Shown here piece after piece: positions 1 through 13,984 of a DNA stretch of 64,000 nucleotides. Position 1 is the first letter of the stretch, and every line of letters begins with the position of its first letter. Under the pieces are notes generated by a model. The model searched no databases. It had not been told where the DNA came from and was given only the letters and a program-made list of their open reading frames with translations. The stretch is from Octopus bimaculoides (Eukaryota), in the NCBI RefSeq assembly GCF_001194135.2, contig NC_068995.1:19353564-19417563 (forward strand), in the 5' to 3' direction. The translations under genes and the position numbers were made by a program.

Positions 1-635
1 TATCAACTAACAGATCGCACCACCAACAGATGATATACACCTCGTTGATTTCATTTATGACCATTTGAAAGTACCTAATTTATTATTTCGTCTGAATAAG
101 AACCGGATCTTCTTTATAAGAAAATTCATAATCTCATATTTGAAAAGCTATACATTTAGACCAGTGTTTCCCAAACTATTTTTTTCCTTAGGCCTCACTA
201 TAACTTTCCAGAAAATGTATGCCCTTCCCGTGGTTGGAATGAAAAAACTTTATTTTAAATATTTCATAATTATATAGTTTCCTTAAAGAAATATCCACAC
301 TCGAGCATTAGAGTAGCGATATGCTGTAGCAAACAATCTTCACACAGGAAGGATTGGCTTGATTAGGCTAAGTTTAGGTGTAGTATGTTTGCTATGGAAA
401 AAACTTTTCAGCTCCATGTCTCGCTACAAAATAAAAAAGAAAACGTCCCACTAAAATTTTCTCTATGAACAACTGTTATGTTACCCTTCCAAATTCTCTT
501 CGCATTTCTGGTTAGTTCCAGATGTTTTTTAGTGTATTCCATTTCTTTGTTATCCACTCTGTTATCATATAATATCATATAATAACGTGAAGTCTACGAC
601 CTTACACCTTTTTATTTCCTTTGTCTTCTTGCTTC

Positions 636-833
636 AATATTGGTTTCAGATTTTGGCACAAGGTCAGCATTTTCGAGATAGGAGGAAAACGATTACATCA
701 ACCACAGTGCTCTACTTCTACTTATTTTATCGACCCCCATAAAAGGAAGGGCAGAGTCGACCTCGGCAGAATATGAACTCAGAACGTAAAGATGGATGAA
801 AAACCCGGTAACCATTTTGCCAGCTCAGTGCCT
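636..833 (-). mobile_element. tRNA-derived SINE family A (degenerate)
   Basis: Matches the family consensus built from copies in this window (A-box tggcagaatcgttagc, B-box gagttcaaattcc, tail gccttgtgccaaaatttgaaacc). Confidence 0.75.
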
Positions 834-2827
834 ATCTACTTGCTTCAATATTACGGTTAGTCTTCATGGGGTAGACCATTTATATTCTGGAATTCTTATA
901 CTCTATCATAACCCCTCTTGTTCTTGAATACATTATTATTCTGCTATTTCTATACACTCGCTCAACATTCCATTGCACTTCATCTTATTTTTCATTACTT
1001 ACTTGTTACACATTACTCGAAGTAACTTATCAACACTTTGCAAGAGTGATTAGAATGTTACATCTATTGAATTTCTTTCTGTTGCAGAATAATATATTTT
1101 TTCTATTTAACCGCCCCCGTACATAAACTGATCCAAAACACGCGGCCCGAAAATTGTAGCGTTTGCGTGAAAGTTATAGTTAGAGAAATCAGTTGAGAGC
1201 GGCTTGTGTTTAAATATAAAATATACTATCATGTAAATAATGGATTTGAAAAATTTACAATGAAATTAAATGGTTATTTGTGTGAAAATCTGAAGTGTCT
1301 AAAAATTTCCATGTAAACTGATAATACGGAAAGAGAAATAGATGTGTCCTGAAAGAGAATCAACTGACTTCATGAATATTCACACCCATCTCAGAATTTT
1401 TGCATCGAACGCTTTCCGTTTCTGTTATTTCAATTAAAATTTCAATTAATTTCAAAAGAATACTGATTATTTCAGCGAATCTATAAGATGTTCCGAATGA
1501 ATAAGTTAGAAATACTCAAATATAAAAGGGTACAATAATACAAATAAAAACAAACAAAAATATCTGAAATTATTACAGCATAGACAGATGAATAGTGAAA
1601 TAATTAATGTCTGTTGTTAGGACTGATGTGGACGCTGGTGCTGATGGTGATATTTTTGTTCATGTCGCTGGTGTGTATTTTGGATTTTATTTAGTTTTTC
1701 TTGATTTAAATCATGAATGTTTTCTAATGATTTAAATTAGTTCATTTCTGAAATCGAAACAATGAAGAAAACTGAATGAGAAACATCGAATGAAAAACAA
1801 ATTAACAAGTAAAAAATTTACAAGAAAAAATATCACAATATTTTTCTCTTTTTACAATGGGAATACCTGATTTTATCGGTTTCTACTCTAGAAACTCTCT
1901 TTCAGATATGCATGCGCACATTCATACACTCACACTCTACATTTTAACACCCACTCGGTTTCCCATCTCATCGAAATATGCAATTCAGTGATGTAACCCG
2001 CCAAATAAATTAAATGGAAACCGTCTAAACATAGCAAATATCCGCTTATCGCTCTGCCATGCAACATTTGGAGGAGAATTACAGAGAAGATAGTAGATCA
2101 TTTTGAATGGGAACATATCTTCAATCGATTGACATATAAATTCCACCTGCTGAAATCCACAAATCTTAACGCATTTTCTGACAGATTCATGCTTTGGAAA
2201 GTTTCACTAAAAAGTGTTATTCTCCGAAATATCTGCTCGAAACAGGTCTTTTGGAAAGAAGTATAGTATTTACAATCACTACGTGGTTATTGGTTTTGTT
2301 TACCAACGGATGAGCCCTAGTAGCGCAAGCTTGTGATTAAAACGTAGCACTGATGAATATTTCACCTTTTTTATGTTTAATTTAGTATTTCAATTTCTAG
2401 AGAGGTGATGTGCAGTTTGAAGGAGATTTGGTAGCTATTTCTAGTAATTAATATTTCCTAATAATATGCTGTCTGACATCACTCAGCGCTCAATGAAAAC
2501 TTCACGATTAATGTTTTTGTTTTTGCTTTTATAAACGATCTTTGAAAGTCAGATTTTTACCAAAATTCCAGACGAAAACCAAATAGGATTGCGTATAGTT
2601 TCTATCAATCTGTGTCCCTAATTACAATATCTATGTAGAATTGTGATATTAAGAGTGAAGTCATTTGAGATTGTAAACACAAATAACGTAATACGAAGCG
2701 TTGAACCACTAACGGTTCATCCAGTTTTGTTTCGGTAAAAAAATATTAGAAATTAAAGAATCATACGGCTAAAGATTCCTAGAATTCATATAATTATTTA
2801 TTCCTTTACTTATTACGAAGCTCTGAA

Positions 2828-2859
<32 letters not shown>

Positions 2860-2876
2860 ATTTCATTCTTTTTCAG

Positions 2877-2897
2877 AAACCATCAGCTTGATATCAG
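2877..2897 (+). CDS. Candidate 21-nt micro-exon
   Basis: Acceptor tttcattctttttcag, donor CAG|GTATGA; a second strong acceptor follows 121 bp later at 3018. Confidence 0.3.
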
Positions 2898-3938
2898 GTA
2901 TGACTTATTAATTAAATATTTTATGATATGAAACATATCATTAACGATAGAACTAATTACAGCATGGAGTAAATTCATAAAATGTGTCTGTGTGAATTGT
3001 TTTTCTCTCTCTTCACAGAGAATCAGCATAATAGCAATCCAAATAATAGTATTTTAAATCGTAGAACAACATTTACTATCATTTATTATCATCTCATTTT
3101 ACACAATTCTTTACAAAACATTTACTGGGCAGTGATTCTTTTAAAACGGGGAAGTGTTAACAATACTCAACCTATATTATTTCAAGAGACTCGTTAAAAA
3201 CTTCTGTGAGACTTTTCAGAGTGTTCAAGGTTAAATCAGATACCGTACCGTATTTGGTTTCAACTTGTCTTGATCGCTATTCACTTTTGCACTATAGGTG
3301 TTAGTAGCAGCTGTTGTTGTCCTGTTGTGCAGCTAGTATTACGTTACACAATGTAGCTATATTTAAGACGCTATGGTGTAATGGGAGAATATTTTCTTGC
3401 TATTTCTATCCAGTTGACTGATCACGTAGGGCCAGTTTTGAGGGTATGAATTCAATTTTATAGTTTTATACGACTGTAGATATATTTTAGGAATGATGTG
3501 TCAAATCATCAAGTGATGTTTATTTAATGTAAATTAACAATATCACATGGTTAACAGCTGTATTGCATTGCGGGATAAGATAAGAAAGAATTTTCATTAA
3601 GGAAGCAAACAATTTAAATGAAGAATCAGTATTCTCATTATCCAATATAGAGCATGAAAAATATCATGCTTAGTAGAAAGGCAAAATTAAATTTACGAAA
3701 GAAACTGGAATAGAGAAAGGAAACTGGAAAAGAATCAGAGTTCAAAAATATCACACAAAAGTACTCCAATACTTGAAAATATTGTCAATGATTGATATAA
3801 GGTATCGTCAATTTATTATAGCCAAAAATTCTCTGTATGAAAAGATTCCTGTAATACTTCCGAAATTTCTGAACAGCATAATTATTTGGACTGGTACTTC
3901 ATTATATTGAATAATTTGAAATAATTAATGAAGGAACT

Positions 3939-4118
3939 AAGGTGGTAAGCTGACGGAGTCGTTATCAGGCCAGGTAAAATTCTTACCGGTATTTCATTCG
4001 GCTTTACGTTTTGAGTTCAAAATCCGCCTAAAATGAGTACCAGTTGGGCAGTAGGATCGACATAATCGACTAGCTCTCTCAACTGTAATTTCTGGCGTTG
4101 TGTCAAAATTTGAAACCA
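3939..4118 (+). mobile_element. SINE family A with internal deletion
   Basis: Head, B-box and 3' tail recognisable. Confidence 0.75.
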
Positions 4119-5238
4119 GTAACTTATGAGGAAACTAATCAATTCTCTCTAAAACATGTTCTTCTTATCAAAATTGAAAACAAAATGCTTTTAAATTATT
4201 AAGTAGTTTGTAAAAAGAATAGCTACAAATCACAAATAGACATATCAGAGATTCCAAAATGTCCGAATTCTCTAAAGTCTTCCATTATTTACTCACAAAC
4301 ACATACATGAAGAAAAAAATCACATATACCAAAATGCATACACATAGAAAATTAAGAACGGGATACACATTCATTAAACTTTAAAATAAATAATAATCAT
4401 TATAAAATTGCCTTAGCAAATGAATTTAAATGGAATATGCTAGTGGGTGTAATTTAATTGTTATATGCTTTCAACGAACGGCTAAATCCACGGGAAACAG
4501 AGCAGGCATTTAGCCAAAAAATTTCAAGTGTAATCACCTCGACTTTTTTCATAAAAAGAGTCTAAACGTTTAATTTTCTCATCTCTTTAAACCATTCATT
4601 ATCAGGAGTATAAAAGTAAGGAAATTTCGCTTTCAGTTCAAGAAGTTTGTGGGCAAAAATTCCCTGCTATTTTGAAAAGTTTACGTTACTTCATCTAAGT
4701 GCAGAAGACAGTGTACTTTCTTTTTTTTTATCTAAACTAGCATGCACTGGAAAAGAATTTCACTCCACTAAAAATAACAAAAAAACACATTTGTATCTAG
4801 TACAATGAAACTATTATTTTATTGGTTAACTATGTGTAAGTCCTATACTATTAACAAAGCTCATAATAGGGTTCTCATGATCAGTTTAAGCTATATCACT
4901 ATATTTACATTCCAGTTACATTTGTATTAGCCTTACGTACTGTGACTAATTGTGTTCAATGTCCTTAAAAATTAGACCGAAGTGTCCACGATGGAATGTA
5001 GTAGCATTACTACAAACGTTGTAGAATCCGAGGGATATCTGCAGACATTCATTTGTAGAACAATTCCAATGAGAAAGTCTTTATCTTGCCAGTTGTTTTG
5101 CCAGAAATAGTAGCGAAATATCACTAAACCTACGGTAGTCCACCATCTTCAAGCATGATCCGATTTAAAATGTTCCATAAAGAATCTCACAGCTTTGATT
5201 CGAATTTGTTGTCAAACACTTGCCCAATCATGGCTCAC

Positions 5239-5296
5239 CTGGAACGAAACGACAATTGTAGTACAATAATTTGAGGAATCATTACAAACTATTTCA
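5239..5296 (-). CDS. Candidate internal exon (58 nt)
   Basis: Long pyrimidine tract + ctag acceptor, donor CAG|GTGAGC; single open frame EIVCNDSSNYCTTIVVSFQ. Confidence 0.35.
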
Positions 5297-5472
5297 CTAG
5301 AATTATGAAAACAATGATAATGAAAAAGCAAGAATATTGCAATTTTTATTTAGACAACATTAAAATTCGGCCAAGTCAGATGAAGCCTGTATTATGATAA
5401 ATGTTGCAATAAATTCCATGTTGTATTTAGGTCTCACCCTTAACATTACTATTCAAATCCCGCTAGTGGCGA

Positions 5473-5520
5473 CAATAACATTCAGATTCTGGGCTCAATA
5501 ACATTCAGATTCTGGGTACA
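5473..5520. repeat. 23-bp tandem duplication (caataacattcagattctggg)
   Basis: Two adjacent copies. Confidence 0.9.
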
Positions 5521-6545
5521 ATTTAATTATATTTCTTCCCCAGGAACATATGCAATGCGCAACAAATAAAACAATAAAAAAATAGTGACTTTTTAAAAAT
5601 CAATTGACCTATTTTAAATGCGACCCTGCTAGAATTATTTTGTCTTTTATTCAGATATAGTGAATCAAGGACCATATTAGTGTCTATTTTAGTGTACGTC
5701 CATTTTTAAGATGTTAGATGTAATCCGATAGAGATTTAGCGGCAAATTCTCGCATTTGTAGCAACCTTTTAGTCTCACTCCTTTGTTTTCTTACGATGTC
5801 AGTCGATTTTATATTTCTCTTCCCTCATTATTAATGGCAAAACTGATACGGCATATAGTTTGCTACAATCCCTCTCTCAATATATCGGGATTTCTCTAAT
5901 GAAAGCAACTTCTGATAGTTACATAAATGCACTTTATTTATCAGTTCACAGAATGATGCGATTTGAAATTTGTTCAACATAATTTTGTGCATTAGTATAT
6001 TATTATATTTATCTTTTATTTCAATATTTCAAATTCATTGAATTTGGTATTTGATATCTTCATTTGAAACCATCGATTTTGACCTAGGTCTGGTATGAAT
6101 CAACTGATTTGCATCCAGCAATACTATCTCCACTCTACAATTTTCAAGAAAATATTATACAAACTTACATATATACAGTGCATACACATTCTTACATACA
6201 TACATGCATACGTGCATATATTCACAAATATATTAATACATAAATGGATGTGTATACATATATTTGTATATCTGTATATGTCCATGTGTGTGTCTATGTG
6301 TATAAATGCATATATACACGTACAATTATACTTGTACAAATACAATGATTTTATGAAATCTGAAAATAGATGGTATGATTATGTCAGGTAGCAATAGACA
6401 TTTTTCATACACTAATATCCACTTGAAATATAATGTCTGCAGTAAGTAATCGACAGATAATGAACAGGCCTATCACCCAATGTAATTTTAGATAAACGAA
6501 CTAAAGCCGTCTCACTTCACTTAGCATTATTTTATTCTTATTCAT

Positions 6546-6918
6546 GTTTTACTCATTTGACTGCGGTCATGCAGGCGCACCGCTTTTTAGTCGAAGGAGT
6601 CGACCCCAGCACTTATTCTTTGTAAGTCTGATACTTATTCTATTGGTATCTTTTGCCGAAGCGCGAAGTCACAGGGACGTAAACACACCAAGATCGGTTG
6701 TCAAGCGATGGTGGGGGACCAAACACAGACACAAACACACATACACACGCACTCGTATATATGACAGGCGTCCTTCGTTTTCCGTTTAACAAATCCACTC
6801 ACAAGCCTTTGGTCGGTCCGAGACTATAGTAGAAGACAATTGCCCAAGGTGCTACGCAGTGAGACTGAACCAAGAACCATGTGGTTGGGAAGCAAGCTTC
6901 TTACCACTGAGCCACGCC
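6546..6918 (-). mobile_element. tRNA-derived SINE family B, full length
   Basis: Minus: tRNA-like head (ggctcagtggtaagaagcttgc...ggttcagtc), CORE-like gcaccttgggcaa, (GT)n spacer, 3' gcatgaccgcagtcaaatgagtaaaac. Confidence 0.85.
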
Positions 6919-8217
6919 TATGAACTATATATCCCCTCATGACTATGTTCCTTGATAATACTAACTAGGTGCTTCTACCTGATCCCACAATCTGCTTCAT
7001 GTAAGAAGAAACATTTTCAAATAACAAGGGAAATATAGTTCCAGATACACAGTATGTTCAGGACGACAATATCATTTGAGCATGTCTGTTTCATGAAGCT
7101 GACTACTCAAAATACTGGATTTGAGTACTTCTTATAAAAGAGTAGATAAGAAGTTACGATATTCATAAACTTCCTCAACTGATTGATTCTGGTGAAATAG
7201 TTTCAACCAGAAATATAGACACGGTTTTCTAGTTACCAACAGGAATTTGTTGCTTCTCGTTCAAGTCTCTGGATGTAAAGCAACATTTTCATTTCTTTCT
7301 CGCATCTTTTATAACATTTTTCTTTGCCAAATTTATTTGCGTTCTCAAACTTTTGCCTACGCCATCTTATATTCCACCTCCTTTACAGAGACTTCACGAA
7401 TTCTCTCACACAACATCTCTTTTATTCGAGAATACCTCTACTTCTTTCATTCTATTTCCCTCGTTTCTTTTTCTCTCCCGGTCTCGCCCTCTCTATTTAC
7501 TTCTCTATTCTTTTTTCTCTTCTCTTTCTCTCACCCCCATTCTCTTTCTGAATCCCTTTCTGTTGCTTTTTCAGTCTCACCCATTCTGTATCTCAATCAT
7601 TCCGATCAATTCTTCTCCATATTGCTTATTTAATTTTGGACTGTTTTTTTTCTTTCTTTTTTTTTTTTTTGCAAAGGATTTTTCTTCATTTTTTTTTTTT
7701 TCTACCTGTTATTATTTCTTTGATTAGTTTTTATTTCAGTGAATTAGAATTGCAGAAGAAATGTGTGTTCGAGACTGAAAATAACACAATCTACATTATA
7801 AATTGCCATCCGTAATAGAATGGGGGAGTGGGAAAGTAAAGAAATACAGCAGAAAGAAATAACCTCAACTGATTTACGTCAAACGAACTGCACCGTAGAG
7901 AAATAGTTTTCTCTGTTTGAAGGAGCGTGAAATAAAGCTAAGAGAGAAACAAAAAATAGAAATTTGAAAAAAAGAAATCAATATATACTACATAGTTGGT
8001 GGCAAAGTTGAATTAAAGAATAAATCCGTTTTATGGATGTTTGCTAATTAAGATGAATTCAATACCTGACTGACAAAGCTGCAACTGGCCAAGTCTCTGT
8101 TGGTTGTTTGTTGAAATACTAAACAAAATATCCTTTCATACCGATGCTGTGTTTAGTCCCAGGAACAAAAGACCCAACAAACACACAAGACTTTACACAT
8201 ATCTAACCATCCGTTTA

Positions 8218-8261
8218 TCTATCTGTCTATCTATCTATCTATCTATCTATCCATCTATCTG

Positions 8262-8348
<87 letters not shown>

Positions 8349-8566
8349 GACTGTCTGTCTGTCTATCTACTTACCTATCTACTTATCTATATAACTGACT
8401 ATCTATATGAGTATTAATCCATTTATCTCTGTTTCCGTCGCTCGTTCTTTACATACATACACAGATACATAAACGCAAAACATACTTATACAACGATTGT
8501 GTATTGGAAATTCATGTTTTTGCGTCGCAAAGCACAATAAAGAATATGTGTGTGTTTGTGTATGTA

Positions 8567-8614
<48 letters not shown>

Positions 8615-8637
8615 CGTGCCTGTGTGTGCCTGTGTGC

Positions 8638-8676
<39 letters not shown>

Positions 8677-8700
8677 CATTAGTGTAAGCGTGTTTGTATG
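8218..8700. repeat. (TCTA)n, (GT)n and (AT)n microsatellite cluster
   Basis: Direct reading. Confidence 0.95.
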
Positions 8701-9504
8701 AATGTATGTATTTTCAAGGTGAGTTGAAGTCACAAAGTATTTCAAGCAATTAGGTTAGAACAGGAAATAGGTGTGGTAAAATATTTCTGTAACGCTGATA
8801 CATCTTATGTTTTGCGGTTCCGCTTTATTTGGTGAATTCTACAACAAATCTTTTGAATTTCTAATTTTAGCGGCCCATGATCAATTCGTGAGTTTGACGA
8901 CGTTTACATCTTTACTAATAAAAGAATGTTCTTGAGTATGGATGATTCAGACCGTAAATATGAAATGTATATGAAAAATATATATGAATCCCCGGATGAT
9001 ATTCAGTGCAAGAATGATCTAATGGTTCCTTCGTTTATGATCCTTCATGTGCTTAGGTTGCTTGGCTCACAACACACACACACGCATGATCTCATGCACA
9101 TACACATACAGAGCTCATATACACGCACACAAACGCAGACACACAAACACACACACAATGCATGAAAAAGCAGAGTGAAAGTTTGTCTCTCTGTATGTAT
9201 GTATGTATGTATGTATGTACGTACGTACGTATGTATGTAGGTACGCACGTATGTACGGATGTATCTATGTATGTACGTACTAGGGAGTGTGTCTATATAT
9301 CTCCGTATTCGGATAAACATACTTTAAAAAATACCGAAGATTAAAGCAAGGAAACCTTTCTCTTTAACCGTATATAAATATATAGGGAAATCATTGACGA
9401 ACAGCATCTTCAAGGACAAAAAGAAGAATAAAAGTCAAACGAACGTAGACAATAAATATATGAGTTTCACGCTACGTGAAAGTTCAGACGAAAAATTAGA
9501 AGTA

Positions 9505-9548
9505 CAAAAATTACGTTTCGAGCACACCTCTTCGTCGGACAGTAAAAG
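9505..9548 (-). ncRNA. Degenerate minimal hammerhead motif (PLE-type)
   Basis: Minus: CCGACGA-A-GAG/GTGTG/CTC-GAAA-CG-TA. The extra A before stem II and the ACGU palindromic stem III are as in Penelope-like-element HHRs; stem I is poor. Confidence 0.5.
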
Positions 9549-10062
9549 GAAGTGCAGAGTTGAGAAGTAGATGGAAGAAAAGGCTACTCTAAATGAAAAC
9601 ATTTGGGTCACTTTATGGTATATTCCACTTTTATTGTTCTAGCTTTTGCTCTTAAATTGCCATTCGGGACCGTTTGCCTATTATCAAACGCTTGCGCTGA
9701 TATTCCACGCCGGTTCTTTACTATTAATATATAACCAGGACACGGTAACGTGGATCATTGACAAAAAGTGAAATATTACTCAGGATAAATGTTGGTGAAT
9801 CGCTTTTAAGTTCCGAGTATTGACATTGGTTTTTGGATCTCTCACATGGTTGATAGTATACCAAACAAGATTCTGTAATACACACAAACATACACAGATA
9901 CATACACATATACGCAGACAACACAGACAAATCTATCTGTTTATCTTTCTATCTAACTATATATATTAATGCTTGTGTGTAAGCGCGCGCAAGTATAGAC
10001 AGATAGATACAAAGATAGATAGATACATAGATAGCCAGATAGATAGCTAGACAGACAGATAT

Positions 10063-10104
<42 letters not shown>

Positions 10105-10159
10105 GCATACATACATACATACATATATAGAGGGATTTAAACATACATGCATACATACA

Positions 10160-10227
<68 letters not shown>

Positions 10228-11339
10228 CATAATACATAAATAGATAGACTGGCAGACAGAGTGACATAAATGTATGTAACGGGTGACCAGAATACATAAA
10301 GGTTTACTTGGAATGATACAAGAACGAGAAATAGGNNNNNNNNNNNNNNNNNNNNNNNNNNNNNNNNNNNNNNNNNNNNNNNNNNNNNNNNNNNNNNNNN
10401 NNNNNNNNNNNNNNNNNNNNNNNNNNNNNNNNNNNNNNNNNNNNNNNNNNNNNNNNNNNNNNNNNNNNNNNNNNNNNNNNNNNNNNNNNNNNNNNNNNNN
10501 NNNNNNNNNNNNNNNNNNNNNNNNNNNNNNNNNNNNNNNNNNNNNNNNNNNNNNNNNNNNNNNNNNNNNNNNNNNNNNNNNNNNNNNNNNNNNNNNNNNN
10601 NNNNNNNNNNNNNNNNNNNNNNNNNNNNNNNNNNNNNNNNNNNNNNNNNNNNNNNNNNNNNNNNNNNNNNNNNNNNNNNNNNNNNNNNNNNNNNNNNNNN
10701 NNNNNNNNNNNNNNNNNNNNNNNNNNNNNNNNNNNNNNNNNNNNNNNNNNNNNNNNNNNNNNNNNNNNNNNNNNNNNNNNNNNNNNNNNNNNNNNNNNNN
10801 NNNNNNNNNNNNNNNNNNNNNNNNNNNNNNNNNNNNNNNNNNNNNNNNNNNNNNNNNNNNNNNNNNNNNNNNNNNNNNNNNNNNNNNNNNNNNNNNNNNN
10901 NNATATATATATATATATATATATACATATAGATAGATAGATATATGTATATGTGTATATGTGTGCGCGTGTGTATGTATATGTGTACGTATGTGTGTAC
11001 GTATGCATGTATGTAAGTATGCATGTACATATATAATATATACATATGATTATAATCCCTTATGGTTGATTAAATAAATATTAGACTCCCGCAATCATAT
11101 CATTACTTCGAAATTACTGTTCTGTACAACATTGTATCTGTGAATATGTATATACGTACGAAATCATTGCCTGTGTATGTGTGTTCGTGTATCTGTGTGA
11201 GAATGCGGGTATGTATACACATATATTAGGGCACTTGCTTATACTCGCATATGAGTTAATAAAAGTGAGTAGTCATGTTCTTGTGATTATTGATGTGTGT
11301 GTTGATTGTACCCTATCAATATCCATGGAAATACAATAT

Positions 11340-11544
11340 TGTTCTGTCCGTACCCCCAGGCGAAGAAGTAGGATCTCCCAAGACATATAAATAGAGGTAG
11401 TCTGGCCGTGGTGGTAGTGTTGAGTAGCGGTCGAGTAGCAGTTGTGTAGTGTTTGAGTAGTGATCATCCGAAGGTGCTAGATAGCAAGAGCTTGAGACAT
11501 AACAAACACTAAACCTCAAAACCAGTTGGGTGTGAATCCCAACA
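11340..11544 (+). mobile_element. Probable solo LTR (BEL/Gypsy-like)
   Basis: TGTT...AACA termini, internal TATAAATA, 5-bp flanks AATAT/ACTAT (1 mismatch), GC-richer than flanks. Confidence 0.5.
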
Positions 11545-11883
11545 ACTATTTCACCAATCATTCTCTCTGTTTGTTCTTTAAACCTTATTATTCACATTTT
11601 TTCCCATTCTCTTCCAACAGTTCATAACTTTCTCCATTAAACTGTTTCTTTATCCATTCTATAAATCGTCTTATTATGACAAGATTGTTCAACATCCCGC
11701 CATTTAGAAATTTGTTCAATTTTAGTGACCATATCTCACTTTCACACCAACCTCTTTGATAAAATTTATTTTAAATTTTGTTTTATGTTTTTTCGATTAT
11801 TGGGGATTCTTATTCTCCATATCTGTTTGTTTGTTTGTTATTTTTTTGTATTTTTACTTAACGACTCCCATATTCTCACTTAC

Positions 11884-11955
11884 CTTCTTGATTTGTATTT
11901 TTGTATGGCCATTTCTCAATACAATAAATAACAACATGCTGAGTACATCTATTGC
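11884..11955 (-). CDS. Candidate internal exon (72 nt)
   Basis: Acceptor ttgttatatttatctacag, donor AAG|GTAAGT; open in phase 1-1 (NRCTQHVVIYCIEKWPYKNTNQE) and phase 0-0. No homology recognised. Confidence 0.35.
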
Positions 11956-12151
11956 CTGTAGATAAATATAACAAGGTAGCTTATTCGATGTAGTAGAGTT
12001 GAAGTTTTCAACTACATTGTGTTATTCTGCAGACTGATCTGTAATTTCCCATAGCATTATATTTCCATGAATATACACACGCATATATACTTATTTATTT
12101 ATATATGTTTCAATATATATGTTTTAGAAGTCCGTTGATAATGATGTAAGA

Positions 12152-12275
12152 TCTATTATGAAACTAGAAAAATTATGAAACGGCTGTAAATGTATGGCAT
12201 AAACTTCTCTTGTGTATACTCTTTATCACACACACTGATACACACATACACACACACACAAACATACATACGTAC

Positions 12276-12351
<76 letters not shown>

Positions 12352-12549
12352 ATATGCATAAATATATATGTATATGTAAATATACATATATACATATATA
12401 CATGTATATATACGTATATACCTATACGTATGCATATATTTGTGTGTGTGTGTATGTGTGTATCAGTGTGTGTGATAAAGAGTATACACAAGAGAAGTTT
12501 ATGCCATACATTTACAGCCGTTTCATAATTTTTCTAGTTTCATAATAGA
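12152..12549. repeat. Perfect 111-bp inverted repeat (12152-12262 / 12439-12549) around a TA/TG microsatellite spacer
   Basis: Base-by-base reverse complement identity. Confidence 0.95.
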
Positions 12550-12796
12550 GATTACACGGGCAAAGCCATATATTGAGTAATTAACTTCATTAGTTTACAG
12601 TTGTTTCTGCTATACAGTGTAGTGGATTCATTACACTTGTATGTTCTGAAAATGAAGTGTACTTCATTTTGAAGGCTTCGTTGAAGCTATATGATATTAT
12701 CCTGGCACTGAGCTAAGAAGCTACTACATCTACAGAAGAATCAGCTGTAAGCCTAAAGAAGTTCATATAAACATATATGTACGCATATACATGACT

Positions 12797-13120
12797 AGCA
12801 TTCCGTCGGTTACGACGACTAGTTTTCCAGTTGATCCGATCAACGGAACAGCCAACGCAACAAATTAACTTGCAAGTGACTGAGCACTCCACAGATACAA
12901 GTATCCTTAACGTAGCTCTCAGGGACATTCAGTGTGTCAAAGAGTCTGACAATGCTGACCATTTAAATTACAGGTATTACTCATTTTTGCTAACTGGGTG
13001 AACTGGAACCACGAGAAATAAAATGTCTTGCTCAAGGAAATAATGCATCGCTGAGAAATGAACTCACGACCTTAAAATCGTGAGCGAAATAACCTAACTA
13101 CTGAGCTGCGCGCATTCACG
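12797..13120 (-). mobile_element. SINE family E (C-like head/CORE-like domain, different tail)
   Basis: Minus: tRNA-like head, ccttgagcaagacatttt, tail ...ctgttccgttgatcggatcaactgg...cgtcgtaaccgacgga. Confidence 0.8.
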
Positions 13121-13159
13121 TGTATACACAGACACACAAGTATGTATATATTTATATTC

Positions 13160-13835
13160 TTTTATACTTTTACTTGTTTTATTCATTTGACTTCGATCAT
13201 GCTGGAGCACCTACTTAAAGGGTTTCAGTCGAAAAAATTGACCCCCAGAACTTATTCTTTGTAAGTACTTATTCTATCGATCTCGTTTGCCGAATCGGTA
13301 CGTTATGGTAACATAAACATGCCTACGTTTCTTTCGACTAATAAAGACAAATCAAGTTGAGCTGGCGTGTGTAGGGTGAAAATCTTGAAGCAGGGGCATA
13401 AGAGATGAACTTAAGAGATGAAAGTCACGAGACAGGAATATAAAAGATGCTTCGCGGTCGGCATTCAAGCCGAGAACGATGATGCTTGGCTGAACACCGG
13501 TCACGTGGAAGGAAAGGAGATAGGTTTGGGCAGAGGGTTTGAAGAATTAGGAGGACGACGAGAAAGAAATTAAAACAAAGGGACATAGAGAAAGTACAAG
13601 CGAGATAATCGAGGAAGAAAAATAAGGAGATTAAAGAAAGAGAAGGCCAAGAAATGTGAGAGAGGGGAAGCGACAAAAAGAAAAGAGTTAAGAAAGAAGA
13701 AAGTATGAGAGGGACGAAAAGACACGATGGGCTACTTTCAGATTCCGTCTACCAAATCCACTCACAAGTCTTTGGTCGGTCCGAGGCTATAGACCATGTG
13801 GTTGGAAGCAAGCTTCTTACCACACAGTCACGCCA
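13160..13835 (-). mobile_element. SINE B split into 3' part (13160-13325) and 5' part (13720-13835) by ~400 bp of other sequence
   Basis: Both parts are collinear with the 6546-6918 copy. Confidence 0.7.
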
Positions 13836-13984
13836 CGGACGTGTGCATAAATCGTTTATATTTACTCTTTACATGTTCTGACAGTTTCAGAACCAAAAGT
13901 TACTGGTCGCTAAAGTATATTTGTGTACGATGACACTCCTTTCGGCATTCTCCGCTTATTGTCGTCCGGGACTCTGGCACACCG

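Noticed and set aside
162-180. hAT/Charlie-like terminus CAGTGTTTCCCAAACT
   Set aside because: No matching second terminus or TSD found.
2401-2430. Exon-like RGDVQFEGDL segment
   Set aside because: Shares gctatttcta.. sequence with ~3390-3430 and appears to be a decayed repeat; weak donor.
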